A stretch of 63,942 bases of DNA, filler included, from Octopus bimaculoides (taxonomy: Eukaryota), in the NCBI RefSeq assembly GCF_001194135.2. It is 6 parts of 6 records of this genome, joined end to end, with 100 filler letters (N's around TTAATTAATTAA, not from the genome) between each part and the next. Parts side by side here need not be neighbours in the genome. Positions count along the whole stretch, not along the records: positions 14,203 to 29,735 come from NC_068986.1; positions 29,836 to 45,910 come from NC_068999.1; 4 more parts are not named here. One strand, written 5' to 3'. Position 1 is the stretch's first letter. Each line of letters opens with the position of its first letter. The translations under genes and the position numbers were made by a program. This document shows, in pieces, positions 27,767 through 40,770 of the stretch. The notes below the pieces were generated by a model. The model made no database searches. It was given only the letters and a program-made list of their open reading frames with translations, and had not been told where the DNA came from.

Positions 27767-29859
27767 AAGAAATGTTTTAAAAATATTCTTGGTGTGACGA
27801 ATAATATGCTCTTGTTTCTGTATCTGTGATTTAAATTCGAGATTTGATTTCGATTACTTTGAACAATAAATTTCCATTTTACATCTTTTTTAACCTCTTT
27901 AGATCCAGGGGGAACTGGAGAATTCTTTTGCTGCGAAACCGCTGAAGAAAATAAAGGTTTTGCTCTTGACACCAGCAAATATTTCTTCTCGTGGATTGTA
28001 CTATCCTTAATAACGATATCCCAAACCGCTTGTTAAAGCGTCCATCTTGGAAGATTTCATAACACTGCTTTATCAATTTTCCCTCTATAAAGTTTCTTTT
28101 CTGTATTAATGACCCATTCTTGTCACTGTTTACCACCTGCATTCTTTTACCGTTAATACTACACTAAATTTTTCTCCTTTTGCATTCCGATTTCATTTAC
28201 ATGCAAACTCAGCATTTCTTTCAGGTTTAAATATTCCCTTGTGTAAACGACCTTGAGGAAACTTCTTGTAATTGAAGTGCAACAAATGTCCAAAAGCACA
28301 AAAACAACCCTACATATCTTAGGAAAATGTTCCTGCAACGCAACACTCGCTATTTCTTTTACTATTTTATGGCTTCTAAAGCAACGAACTGGCAGAATTG
28401 TTACCGCGTCGGGCAAAATGCTTAGCAGTATTTCGTGAGTATTTCAAATGCCACTAGAATCGACTTTGCCTTTCATCATTTCGAGGTCGATAAAGTAAGT
28501 ACCATTTGAGTACTGGAGTCGATGTAATCGGCTTACCTCATCCCCAAAACTTCTGGTCTTGCGCCACAATTTGAAACAAATATCTTGTGACTTTGTTTGA
28601 AGAGGAAGGCCAGCAGCTACAATCTGTAACCTTTTTGTAGAATCTTCAAGATTAATAAGAGATTAAATATGCAAAAGGTAAAATAAACCGCGACCCAACC
28701 AAATGCAGGCAGCAAAATAGACTCCAGGCATCCAAGGGTCAGACAGTAGTGCTAAACTGAGTACACTTATCACCCAAGAACAAGTACAGTTCGTCCAGCA
28801 GGCTTCTTCACAGTTTCCATTGACCCAATTTCGCTCACAAGGCTTGGATCGACTCCGGTGTATTGAAGGAGATACTTACACAAGGTATCACACAGTGGAA
28901 TCAAACTCAGAACGACGTGATTGCGAAGCGAACTTCTTAATCACATGATCATGAATATTGAACTAATTACGATCACTCAACTAAAACCACCTACCGCATA
29001 TCTCAAACGGTGAGCTTTACCATTTCTGATGAACTCATTACGATTAAGCATTTAAAGATTAAGTTTCTTTGTCAGTAAAACAAAATATTTCGGCCTTGAC
29101 TAGCTTCTGATTTTAAGTTCTCCTGGGAACTCTTCTTGCATCAAGAATAAGAGCCAGAAATAGAACTAGCGGCCCGATAGACAAGCATTCATCAACATTT
29201 TCCATCCACAAGATCACTTCCGAACTGTTTTAACCCCACTTCTCCCCCCCTCTCTCTCTCTCTTTCTCTCTCCCGCTCTCTCCCCCTTTCACCCCTCTGT
29301 CTCTGTCTGTCTGTCTCTCTCTCTCTTTCCTCTACTGGATAAAAAGGTCTCTTATTCATCAAAACTTGGAGAAAGGCGTGGGCAAGAGCTCCGTGGTTAG
29401 GATATGAAACGCAGCAGTTTGTGTGTGTGTGTGTGTGTGTGTGTGCGCACGCACGTATACATATATGTGTGTGTGCATATATATATATACATACACACAT
29501 TAGGTGATACACAAGAACTCAACTATGAGAGCATTGCATCTTATAGCAGAAACAGCAGTTAGCTAATGAAGTTCATTACATAATTTCCTGTCCCTTTGTC
29601 ATTTATATAATCTCTTTTTACGCTTTCTACTCAGCTAACACTTTGGCATATGTGTATTGAGTTCTAACACCAGGTTATTAGTATCGTTATGCCTAAGCGA
29701 AATATTAAAATGTGTATATATATATATATATATATNNNNNNNNNNNNNNNNNNNNNNNNNNNNNNNNNNNNNNNNNNNNTTAATTAATTAANNNNNNNNN
29801 NNNNNNNNNNNNNNNNNNNNNNNNNNNNNNNNNNNATATATACATATATATAGACACAG

Positions 29860-31900
29860 TTAGCTAAACTTATATAAATAATTTATGTCTACATTTAATT
29901 TTTCGTTCATCAAAAGAATTAATCAAAGTATTATAATTATTTAATAATATCTCCTTAAATTCATTAGTACACAACTTACAAAAATTATTACCTATACGAT
30001 AGGATTTCGCCTTACAAACTATCTCCCAATGTAAAATGTACTTAATATTTTTAGATTTAAGTTCCCAAATATATTTACTAAAGCCAGTAGAATTAATGAA
30101 ATTTTTATTGTTAAAGGAGTGCATATGTTGAGTCACCCGTAATTTAATTTTATTAGAAGTCGATCCTATGTAAATCTCATTTAAATTATAACCATTATGG
30201 TTATTCCCCTCCATTAAAGTCACTATACATTTATACACGACATCCTTCAAATTGCATCTATTATTAAATTTGCATTTAGTGTACAATTAATTATATCCTG
30301 GTCCTCATTATTATTATTATTATTAGAATAAGTATTTAATTTATATTTGTAATACTTATTTAACTTAAATCTATTAAAAGAAGAGATAATGTTACCAACA
30401 TTATTATTAGTAGAATAACCTACACCAAAATTATTAGTAGAAAAGATATTATAATATTTTTTATTATCTCTAAGGAATGTATCAATAACTTAAAAATTTC
30501 TTTAATAATGTTAGTTTTAACTTGAATGCGGTATGGAATGATTAGCCAAAGTTTGTTCTTATTATAGATATTATTATATTTATTATTTATATTATTAAAT
30601 TTATTATATAAGTCATACCTACCTTCTTCATTGCATAAATTAGGGCCTTATTAAGTACAATCTCATTAATAGAAGAATAATAATTATCAATATCTATTTG
30701 AATAAATTTATATCTATTTTTATCTTTAATATTATTAAACCATTTTAAAGTATCAATAGTACTATTCCATAATTTAATGTAGTTAATATCATTTAATCTA
30801 TTGATATATTTATCTAAAATTATCTTACTTAATTTACCTAGATCTGACTTACAAGGGCAAATAAGCCTAACTTTAGGGTCAGAATAAAAATTATCCTTAT
30901 GGTCTTTCAAAGTAATTCTTGGGTGCATAGGTACATAAGGTTCAGTCTTATTATCTAATTCATATTTCATCATTATTAATTTAGAGACCTTATTTATAGA
31001 ATATAAAGTATTTTCCGGAACAATTTTATATTTTTTATTAATTTCTTTCTCATATAATTTGACATCTAGTTTATACAGGTTCCTAGTTTTATCTGATTGT
31101 ACTATAACTCCATCCATATTTCTAAATTGTTTTATTTTAATAGCTAGATTTCTTAAATAATCATTGTCTATTTGGGTATTTTTGAAATTTAATATTTTTC
31201 ACCACCTTCTAAATATTATCCTATAAAATCTGTAAATCCCCATTATACGGGGGTTCTTTTCAAGATTTAAATTTAGAATTAATGTAACTTAAATTATCTA
31301 CATCATTATTATCAGTAATATTATAATTATTATTAAAGTAGACTTTCCATTTAATTCTAGTAATAAAATCCTTAATATTATTAATAAGTTTCAAAAAATA
31401 TTCATTTCTAGATGGAATGTGGATATCCTTCAAAGATGAATTCCAAAACAGCAGCTCTATTCTACCTGTAAATTCCATAACTAATGAAAATTGGAAGTTA
31501 AATACAAACAATAAACGTTAATTATAAATTGGAAAAATTATGATAATAATATTAGGGATAAAAATACAAATTTACAGGTAAAAGCTCAATTAAATTTAAT
31601 TTATCAAAAATTAAAATTAAATTAAGCTTCACAGTATAAAATAAATATATAATATTAGAGAAAAGAATCAAAGTTCATGAACTCATCCATGAAAATCTAC
31701 AATCACATATAGAAAAAATTAATAAGTATAATAAAATACAAAGTAAAATTCATAAAATAATGATAATAAAATGACTACACGTGTTTCATAACCAAGTTTT
31801 CAAATAGAAAATAAAATATATTCAAATCGATTAAATTGATTGAAAATCAATTCTATTCAAAAATACAGCTAATCTTCAGGTCAAAATACAATAATAATAA
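29860..31900 (-). mobile_element. Penelope-like element (RT N-terminal part plus GIY-YIG endonuclease), decayed and internally deleted
   Basis: ORFs ..FLKLINNIKDFITRIKWKVYF, ..PRITLKDHKDNF...PKVRLICPCKSDLGKLSK...KFIQIDIDNYYSSI and VVYKC...IYIGSTSNKIKLRVTQH...SKYIWELK...CKLCTNE are typical Penelope RT and GIY-YIG signatures. Confidence 0.9.
31772..31883 (-). ncRNA. Type I hammerhead ribozyme in the 5' region of the Penelope element
   Basis: tgac-CTGAAGA-(long stem II/loop)-GAA-acacgtgt-a-gtca, with palindromic stem III ACACGTGT and a GUA triplet. It lies upstream of the PLE ORF on the same strand. Confidence 0.7.
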
Positions 31901-33107
31901 TAATAAAAGGAATGTATATATCAACCAACAATAAATAACGAATGTATATAAAAATACTTATTATATTAAGATAGAAAAATGTTAAACAATATTATTAAAA
32001 AGAAATTTAATACTAATCTTAATGAAAATTATAAACTAACAGAAATATTAAATGCAAATCTTATCTTAACGAATCTTTCGCTTAAAATACAATTTAAACG
32101 AAGTTTTAGGTTAAACTAAAATTTTAAACGTAAAATAAATAATTTTAATTTTAATATAAACTAACAAAAAATTAATTTATATAAATTAATTTATATAAAA
32201 ATAATTATATCATCATTAAANNNNNNNNNNNNNNNNNNNNNNNNNNNNNNNNNNNNNNNNNNNNNNNNNNNNNNNNNNNNNNNNNNNNNNNNNNNNNNNN
32301 NNNNNNNNNNNNNNNNNNNNNNNNNNNNNNNNNNNNNNNNNNNNNNNNNNNNNNNNNNNNNNNNNNNNNNNNNNNNNNNNNNNNNNNNNNNNNNNNNNNN
32401 NNNNNNNNNNNNNNNNNNNNNNNNNNNNNNNNNNNNNNNNNNNNNNNNNNNNNNNNNNNNNNNNNNNNNNNNNNNNNNNNNNNNNNNNNNNNNNNNNNNN
32501 NNNNNNNNNNNNNNNNNNNNNNNNNNNNNNNNNNNNNNNNNNNNNNNNNNNNNNNNNNNNNNNNNNNNNNNNNNNNNNNNNNNNNNNNNNNNNNNNNNNN
32601 NNNNNNNNNNNNNNNNNNNNNNNNNNNNNNNNNNNNNNNNNNNNNNNNNNNNNNNNNNNNNNNNNNNNNNNNNNNNNNNNNNNNNNNNNNNNNNNNNNNN
32701 NNNNNNNNNNNNNNNNNNNNNNNNNNNNNNNNNNNNNNNNNNNNNNNNNNNNNNNNNNNNNNNNNNNNNNNNNNNNNNNNNNNNNNNNNNNNNNNNNNNN
32801 NNNNNNNNNNNNNNNNNNNNNNNNNNNNNNNNNNNNNNNNNNNNNNNNNNNNNNNNNNNNNNNNNNNNNNNNNNNNNNNNNNNNNNNNNNNNNNNNNNNN
32901 NNNNNNNNNNNNNNNNNNNNNNNNNNNNNNNNNNNNNNNNNNNNNNNNNNNNNNNNNNNNNNNNNNNNNNNNNNNNNNNNNNNNNNNNNNNNNNNNNNNN
33001 NNNNNNNNNNNNNNNNNNNNNNNNNNNNNNNNNNNNNNNNNNNNNNNNNNNNNNNNNNNNNNNNNNNNNNNNNNNNNNNNNNNNNNNNNNNNNNNNNNNN
33101 NNNNNNN

Positions 33108-33153
<46 letters not shown>

Positions 33154-33957
33154 AACATATATGTTATTGACTATTGGATGTTGTGAATAACTGAATCTGC
33201 TACTAATCTAAAAATGTCAGGGAACACATTCATTCTTTTGAATTCAATCTCATCTACACATAATCACACAAGCTGTTCGACTATATTACTGAGGTGAACA
33301 CAACATTCTCTTACAGAACAGGGTCACATCATTAGTCTCATTTTCCAACTTTATTTTTGCTTTCTTTATTTTTTGAATGGTCATGTTCCATTTAAACATA
33401 CCAATAAAACATGATGAACTGAAAATGTAACTACTCTTCATTTTCTTTGACCCATCTCTTCATTTGTCAAATTAATCTTTTTTATTAACCAACTTCAAAG
33501 AGCAGCTATACAGTAGCCTTTTAAATCTCTGAAGGTACACAGTATAATTCTTTTCATACATCTAGCATTCAAAAACTATAGAGCCTGAGCTTTTGCTGGA
33601 CATCACCAAGCAAGTGCAACAAACAAAGAAAATAAATATCCTAAAGAAAGAAAATACCTTTTCTATAAACTTTCTGCAAATCTTCTTTGCAAACGCTGCA
33701 AGCATGTTATCACATCAGTTCTGCAATCTAACAATTGCTTCACCTCCATAAGGATCCTACTATTGAAAATATGGAAACCTAACTCAGAAAACAACATAAA
33801 AACAGATACACAATCTATATCTTGCACCAGAGGTTCAGAATTAGCTTTCTATGTTTGGATTTCATGTCAATACTTGTGTATCTGACTGAAGTCTATAGAC
33901 ACTTCATAAATCTTTTGCTTGCTCTTATGACTTTCTACTTCTGCACTAACTTTTCAG

Positions 33958-34121
33958 CAACAAACTGTGTATGGACAGTTTGTCTTCATTTTTCTTTCTT
34001 TTGTTTACATTGCATATTTTTTGTTTTGCTTCTAATTTTCTGCTTTGTTTGCACCAACTTTACAAATACTAACCTATCTTCTATGCCATTTTGTACACAT
34101 TCACCTGCAAATTTTAAGTGT
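33958..34121 (+). CDS. Candidate transmembrane exon of a divergent Na+/K+-ATPase beta-like gene
   Basis: Strong branch point and acceptor cactaacttttcag|. Translates TNCVWTVCLHFSFFCLHCIFFVLLLIFCFVCTNFTNTNLSSMPFCTHSPANFKC, a single hydrophobic helix preceded by W as in beta subunits. Phase-0 donor tgt|gtaaat is compatible with the exon at 34561. Sequence similarity is weak. Confidence 0.45.
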
Positions 34122-34239
34122 GTAAATGTAACAACAATTGGCTTTTGCATTTCATTTTATTGATAGTAGCTTTCACCCTGCAAACGTTGTTGTCCATGTG
34201 GTGGCATGTGTATGTAAACCTAACAGAATAGCAAGGTGA

Positions 34240-34470
34240 AGAGCTGGCGAAAACATTAGCACGCCAAGCGAAATGCTTAGCAGTATTTTGTCTGCCACTA
34301 CGTTCTGAGTTCAAATTCCGCTGAGGTTGACTTTGCCTTTCATCCTTTCGGGGTTGATTAAATAAGTACCAGTTACACACTGGGTTGATAGAATCGACTT
34401 AATTCATTTATCTGTCCTTGTTTGTCCTGTCTGTGTGTAGCCCCTTTTGGGCAGCAAAGAAATAAGAATA
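34240..34470 (+). mobile_element. tRNA-derived SINE (family also about 6640-6860, 9750-9910, 17425-17525, 21980-22190, 28380-28580, 51620-51815, 59440-59590, 61500-61685)
   Basis: Shared gagttcaaattccgccgaggtcgactttgcctttcatcctttcggggtcgataaa...aagtaccag core. Confidence 0.8.
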
Positions 34471-34560
34471 GCAATGCTTAATTTCCTGTAGTTCACCTTA
34501 CTCATAGCCTGCAGACTCACATGTAGCTTGCAATTGATTCATGTTCATATTCATTTTCAG

Positions 34561-34642
34561 GACAATATTGCAAAAAAAGCACAATGTCAATACAATGTGT
34601 GGTATACTGATGCTATTTGTCAAACTGGCATATTCCCACATG
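34561..34642 (+). CDS. Candidate exon of the beta-like gene (DNIAKKAQCQYNVWYTDAICQTGIFPH-G)
   Basis: tattcattttcag| acceptor and catg|gtgaga donor. 82 nt, phase 0 to 1. Joins the next exon as FPH-GLAL, the position of the conserved (N/P)PGL motif. Confidence 0.6.
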
Positions 34643-34671
34643 GTGAGAGGTCAAACAGAACATGAATCCAG

Positions 34672-34892
34672 GCCGTTGCCAGTATCGCCTGACTGGCCTT
34701 CGTGCGGGTGACACGTAAAAGCACCTACTACACTCTCTGAGAGGTTGGCGTTAGGAAGGGCATCCAGCTGTAGAAACTCTGCCAAATTTAGATTGGAGCC
34801 TGGTGTTGCCATCCGGTTTCACCAGTCCTCAGTCAAATCGTCCAACCCATGCTAGCATGGAAAGCGGACGTTAAACGATGATGATGATGATG
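34672..34892 (+). mobile_element. (GAT)n-tailed short retroposon (others about 4330-4520, 38313-38760, 44670-44920, 60760-60880)
   Basis: ggcatccagctgtagaaac...catggaaagcggacgttaaacgatgatgat. Absent from the paralogous duplicate site near 42770. Confidence 0.8.
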
Positions 34893-37273
34893 AGTGAGAA
34901 TTTCAAGAAATTAACTAACTAATCACTAAGTAAACCTATTTCTACAAAAAAGAAAATGCACAAATTGTGCTACATAGGTCTTTCAAAGCCCAAAATTAGC
35001 TTGTAATCATCATATTGAGAATGTTGTTTATTCCCTCTTGCTGTTTTACAACATATGGAAAGAGATATCTAATTTTACCTGGCAGATTCCTTGTATATGT
35101 AAATTTAGTTTTTCTTTAACAAATATTGGTCAAATTTCGCCAGTGAAAATATATTGTGTAATGTATATTGTTTCATAGATTATCAAAGTCTGATGTGATG
35201 TTTTTTTTTTGTTTTTCTTTTTTAAGGAGTTAGTTTTCACATTTTATTAGTTTTTTTAAATCTAAGTCTACATGCAATTCTGAGAAAGGTACAAGGTGGT
35301 TGTAGGATGTGCTGGAAACCACAACTAAATCTCCTTTAAATTACACACCTTTTTGTTTGAAGATATTTTCAATTTTTTTTCTTTTACTGTAAAGCACTTT
35401 TCCCATTGTGCTTAAGTGCATAGTACAAAAATATAAATTGGCCAAAATCGGTCCAGAGGGGGCTGGAGGGGTGTGAAAAATTCATAGATTTTCCAAAAGT
35501 TTTTTTTCATAAAAAGCTTCTCTCCATTATTTCCAAGGCTGTCCTGAAAAAACAATTTGAAAAATCCCTGTCAAAATGGAGAAAATCCAACTTATGTGGC
35601 ATTCTGATCTGAAACTCCACTATTTATAGCCATTTTAAATAGGCCATTAAAATTTTATTGAAATGGTACCATGTCCCAGAATCTCAGAATTTATTTAGCT
35701 CTATACCTACAATAAATGTCCCAAAATTCAAGTCCCTGTGGCTTGTGTTTTTTTTATTTAACTAGGTCTGAAAACACTGCAAAATTGACTGTTTGTAACA
35801 TGTTACAAAATAGACTTTACATGAATATTTAAAAAATTGGCCAAAAAATAGTTTTTCTTTACAAGAACCTGAGAAAAAATAGGCAACTACTATAGTGTAA
35901 TTTGAAGTTGATTATCACCTCAATTTCAAAGATATGACATCACAAATATGGTTAATTATTCATTTAGGTCAATTAGGGAAGATTTCATCCAATTTGCTGT
36001 CCATTCAACTTGTCATATTTCCTAAAATCATCTAAATTTCAGAAATGAGATATCACAATGCTTCTTTCTGGATGCTCTCCAAGAAAGCATACAATAGAAA
36101 TTACATTTAAATTTTTCATAGTGATAATTTAGTCATTGTGCTGCATCAAAAGAAAAATAGAAGTGGAATGTTATTTCATAATCAAGGATTACCTGTGTCC
36201 CTGTATTATCATCACCAGTTTTATTATGAGTCAGTATGACTTTAAAAGCTGTCAATAGCTTGGTTTTACTTTACCACCAAGAAATAAAATAAGGCTTTTA
36301 TCAAATAGAAATTGTTCCAGTCTTTGGCTCCATGATTAAGAACCCCTTGCATAAGGTTCCCTCATTTTTTTTTTTTTTTTGGTGGGGGTGCATCTTAACA
36401 CTGAAAGGAAAATCTATATATTATAAATAAATTAATTTCTTTCAATATAAATTATGAGCTGTATACATTTAAAATTCCCGGCGGCCGTTAAATGATGATG
36501 ATGTATATATTTCCCTATGTAGAATCCTAACAACTGAGACAAGCTAAAGAGGGAGCTTCTATGCAGTCACTCAGCCTGCTAGTAATGGCAGCTACATTTT
36601 CTCAAATCATATTCATCCATCTTAAATCTAGAAAGACATTAGACAGTGCAGTGGTCAAGGCTGGAATGCCTTTCATCATAAGCCTAATCAATCAGGATCT
36701 AGAGCTAAACAACAACCAACAAAGCGATGTGGGTTTATGCTGTCAATCTGCTTGAAATAGTGACCAGATTTCCCTCAAATCAAACCTTATTGTACTAAAA
36801 AGGAAGAGCATTTTGGATATAAAAATTCTAGATACAACTAAGAAGCTAAGGTCGACCTGGGATTAAACAAGAACAAATGAATTTGAGGGAGTCTCCATGT
36901 GATTACTTGATCTGATAGAAATAGCAAACAAATTTCCTTTTAAATCATTCTTTACCATCTTTTCTATACTAGTTGGGTTGGGCAAGTTTTTGAAACAGTG
37001 TTTTACAAGTAGGTACCCTTTACATTACTAACACTTAATTGCCTCCTACAACATGCATGTACAGGTTATACCAACTCTGAAACTAAGATATACAGGTCAT
37101 AAATGTACAATTCCCGAAGGGAAAAAGTTCAGCATAGTCATGACTGAAATGTTTTGCTTTATTAGGATTGACATGCATCTAATAAAAAAAACTAAAAGGA
37201 ATTCAAAACAGAGTCTGCTCTATCCATGTGCCTGACTTTCTCATGATATTCCCAATTTCACTTTCTTATGCAG

Positions 37274-37381
37274 GTCTTGCCTTACATATTCCATCAAACA
37301 GCAATCACTTGATTAAATTCAACACCTTCATTAAAGCATCTTATCAACCATACTCTGAAAACATTAAAACAATTCTTCAAG
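37274..37381 (+). CDS. ATP1B: Na+/K+-ATPase beta-like ectodomain exon (GLALHIPSNSNHLIKFNTFIKASYQPYSENIKTILQ)
   Basis: ctttcttatgcag| acceptor and caag|gtaaga donor. 108 nt, phase 1 to 1. Matches the beta-subunit GL...P.....LI.F......SY..Y...L pattern. Confidence 0.8.
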
Positions 37382-38899
37382 GTAAGATAGCTGAAAACGA
37401 ATTTTTTTTGTGACATTATGATGTTTTAATTTCATAACAAACTAAAATCTATTGATAAAGCACTTGACTGTCTTGATTTTATATCTTATTAATGATTACA
37501 ATTAATATACTGTAAAGAGTTTTTGTGATATTTCTGCTATAATGAACACTGCTTGTCTTATTCATTTGTTATTAATTAATAAGAAAAGGAGGAGTAGGGG
37601 CCCACTGAAGGCCTTTCCAGACTCGTGATATATAATGCTGCCTATATTCAGTTTGACATTCTATTAAATGGATGCTTGCAGGGGAAGTGAAGGCAAAGAG
37701 AGAATTCCAAAGAACTGCATTTTTGGGATGATATGATTGGTAAAAGGATTTAATTAATCAGGTAGGACAAGATGGAATTAGTATCTAGTTTGCTAGTTTA
37801 ACAGAGCTGAAGCTGTTGTTGCAAAGGGAAAAAAAGTGTGTCTGTATGATAGTAGTTGTATCTTGTTGAATAAATGAGGCTTTACTAATCATCCTTTCAG
37901 TATGGTGTAAGATATTTGAGCATGTGGCAGTATCAGCACTATGCCTGGTATATGAACAGTTATCCTATATGGATTGAAATCAAACTTTGTAAAAGGCAAG
38001 CAACTGATTAGGTCTGAAGTATTTTCTGGCCTTGAAAATTCTGTAGGATAAAGTTTTATGGCAACTTCTTTGCCATAAAAAAAAAAAAAAAAAAAAAAAA
38101 TAGGGGTGCTTAGTATTTATATGGCATTTAAGTATTTTTTTATATATTTAGTCTCATTCAGAAGAAATTAAGTTTCACTGTGACATGAAAGCATTTAATG
38201 TTTGATACAGTATAGTATATAATTTCAGCATTCTGAAAGTATAAAAAAATAATAATTCATTCTCACTCTTAGCAAAGAAGAGTTGACCCATTTGTCTGAT
38301 TGATCAATATCATCATTTAATGTCTGCTCTCCATGCTGGCATAGGTTGGACGGTTTGACTGAGGGCTGGTGAGCCAGAAAGCTGCACCAGGCTCCAATCT
38401 GATCTGGTAAAGTTTCTACAGCTGGATACCCTTCCTAACGCCAACCACTCCAAGAGTGTAGTGGGTGCTTTTACATGCCACTGGCATGAGGTCCAGTAAG
38501 GTGGTACTGGCATTGGCCATGCTCAGATGGTGCTTTTTACATGCCACCTGCATAGGAGCTAGTCAGGTGACACTGGCAACGACCACGCTCGAATGGTGCT
38601 TTTTTTATGTGCCACCGGCTCAGGAGCCAGTCAGTGGCCCTGGCAACGATTACGCTCGAATGATGCTTTTAATGTTCCACTGGCATGGGTGCCAATCAGA
38701 CAGTACTATCATCAGCCACGACAGTGAATTCACTTGCCTCAACAGGTCTTCACAAGCATAGTTTATTGTTCAATGATTGAAGGGTACTCTTAAATGGGCT
38801 GGTTATACAGCACTGGCATAGGCCAGTTATGGTCTCACTTGGCTTGCTAGGTCTTCTCAAGCACAGCATATCTCCAAAGGTCTTGGTCACTTATCATTC

Positions 38900-40770
38900 G
38901 TGTTTCACCACCTCGTCCTAGGTCTACCTCTTCCACAGGTTTCCTCAACTGTGACACTTTTCACACAGCTGTCCTCATCTATTCGCAACACATGACCATA
39001 CCAGTGCAGTCATCTCTCTTGCACACCACATCTGATGCTTCTCATGTCCAACTTTTCTCTGAAGGGATTTGTGGTTTGTCTGTCTTCCTACTTATTATGA
39101 CTTTGGTTTTTGCTAGGTTGACTCTAAGGCACTTCAATTCTAATCCTTGCTTCCACACCTGAAATTTCTCTAGTTCTGATAGTGACTCAGCTATTAGAGC
39201 AAGGTCATCAACATAGAGAAGCTCCCAGGGGCATCCTGTCTTGATTTCCTCTGTTATTGCCTGGAGGACTATGATGAATAAGAGGGGGTGAGGACCGATC
39301 TTTGGTGGACCCTTACCCCTACCCAGAATTCTTCACTGTACTCGTTGCCAACCCACACCTTACTGACAGCATCCCTGTACATGGCTTGTACAGCTCTCAC
39401 TAACCATTCATCAATCCCTAGTTTCCTCATTGACCACCAGATAAGGGATCAGGGGACCCTGTCAAAGGCTTTCTCCATGTCAACGAAAACCAGGTACAGA
39501 GGTTTATTTTTGGCTAGGTATTTCTCCTGCAGCTGTCTCACCAGAAATATAGCATCAGTGGTGCTTTTCCCTGGCACAAACCCAAAGTCTAGATGAGATG
39601 CATAACAGAGAGGGTCATAGCCCAACTCTCCCTAATCAGTTGGGCTATGACACTCTCCATTACTTTCATTACCTGATCCAACAACTTGATACCTCTGTAA
39701 TTATTTGTATCTAATGCATCACTTTTACTTTTGTAGCAGTTGACCATGGTGCTCCTACACCAGTCATTGGGTATGACTCCTTCATGTATCACCTGGTTAA
39801 CAATATGGGTGACTGGACTATAGCTGACACCACCAGATATTTTAAGCATCTCTGCGGTGATTCCTGATGGGCCAGGGGTTCCCTGTCTTAATACCCTTAA
39901 TTGCTTTATCTACCAAGGTACTGTCAATTCAGATAGCTGGTCTCTCTGTTGGGTCAACATTTAGCAAACTCTCTTTCTCCCATTCATTCTCTTTATTGCA
40001 GCCTCGTTAAATGCAAGTGAGCCGTCAGCCATGCAGACACATTTCTCTCCTATGTCATCATGGTTCTCTCTTGAGCACTGTCTTGCAACATAAAACACCT
40101 CAAGTCTTTGCTCCTTACAATGCAGAACATCGGCAAATTTTTTCTTATCTGCTTCCTTTCTGGCTAAATAAACCTGTCTCCTAGCTTCCTTTCTAGCAGT
40201 CTGATACAATTCCCTGCTACCACCATTCTTCCAGTCCTTCCATACCTATTTTTTTTCCCTAATGGCTCTGTCAACTACATTGTTCGACCACCACATTACC
40301 TTGGGTTGAGAGGGACTTTGCACCATCCACAGATCTGGTCAGTGGTCCTCAACAGGTTGTCCCGTAGAAACCTCCAGTTACATTCCACTTCATGTGGTAC
40401 TATATACCCCTCTATTTCATCAAAAGTTTCGAGTAGTACTTCTCTAAATCTCTATCCATTCATTCGCGTGATCCAGACCCTTCCATGTATGCCATGGAAG
40501 CCCCCTGCATGTTGTCCAACATGCCCACTGAAGTCACCAGCCACGAAGAGAAGATCCTTGTCATTCATCGACGAGGTAGTCTGCAAGAGGGTGTCATAAA
40601 ATCCGTCTTTCTGTCCATCAGATATCTCTAGCTGAAGGGCATAGGCCAAGATGATGGTTGCTAACCCATGATGCAGCACTAATCTAATCTTAAGTATTCT
40701 ATCACAGACTCTGACTACCTCGATTACCTTATCAACCCATTTCTCCACAAGAAGTATACCCACGCCCCCC
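38900..40770 (-). mobile_element. RTE-clade LINE, decayed (APE endonuclease plus RT)
   Basis: LFVAGDFSGHVG (APE), IPNDWCRSTMVNCYKSK...NNYRGIKLL and FVPGKSTTDAIFLVRQLQEKY...FVDMEKAFDRVP (RT), broken by stops and frameshifts. Confidence 0.9.

Noticed and set aside
33589-33832. Stop-free plus frame ending LLKIWKPNSE..ISCTR as a possible N-terminal exon of the beta-like gene
   Set aside because: No in-frame ATG or clear acceptor, and only a weak donor (gttcag). Not supportable without transcripts.
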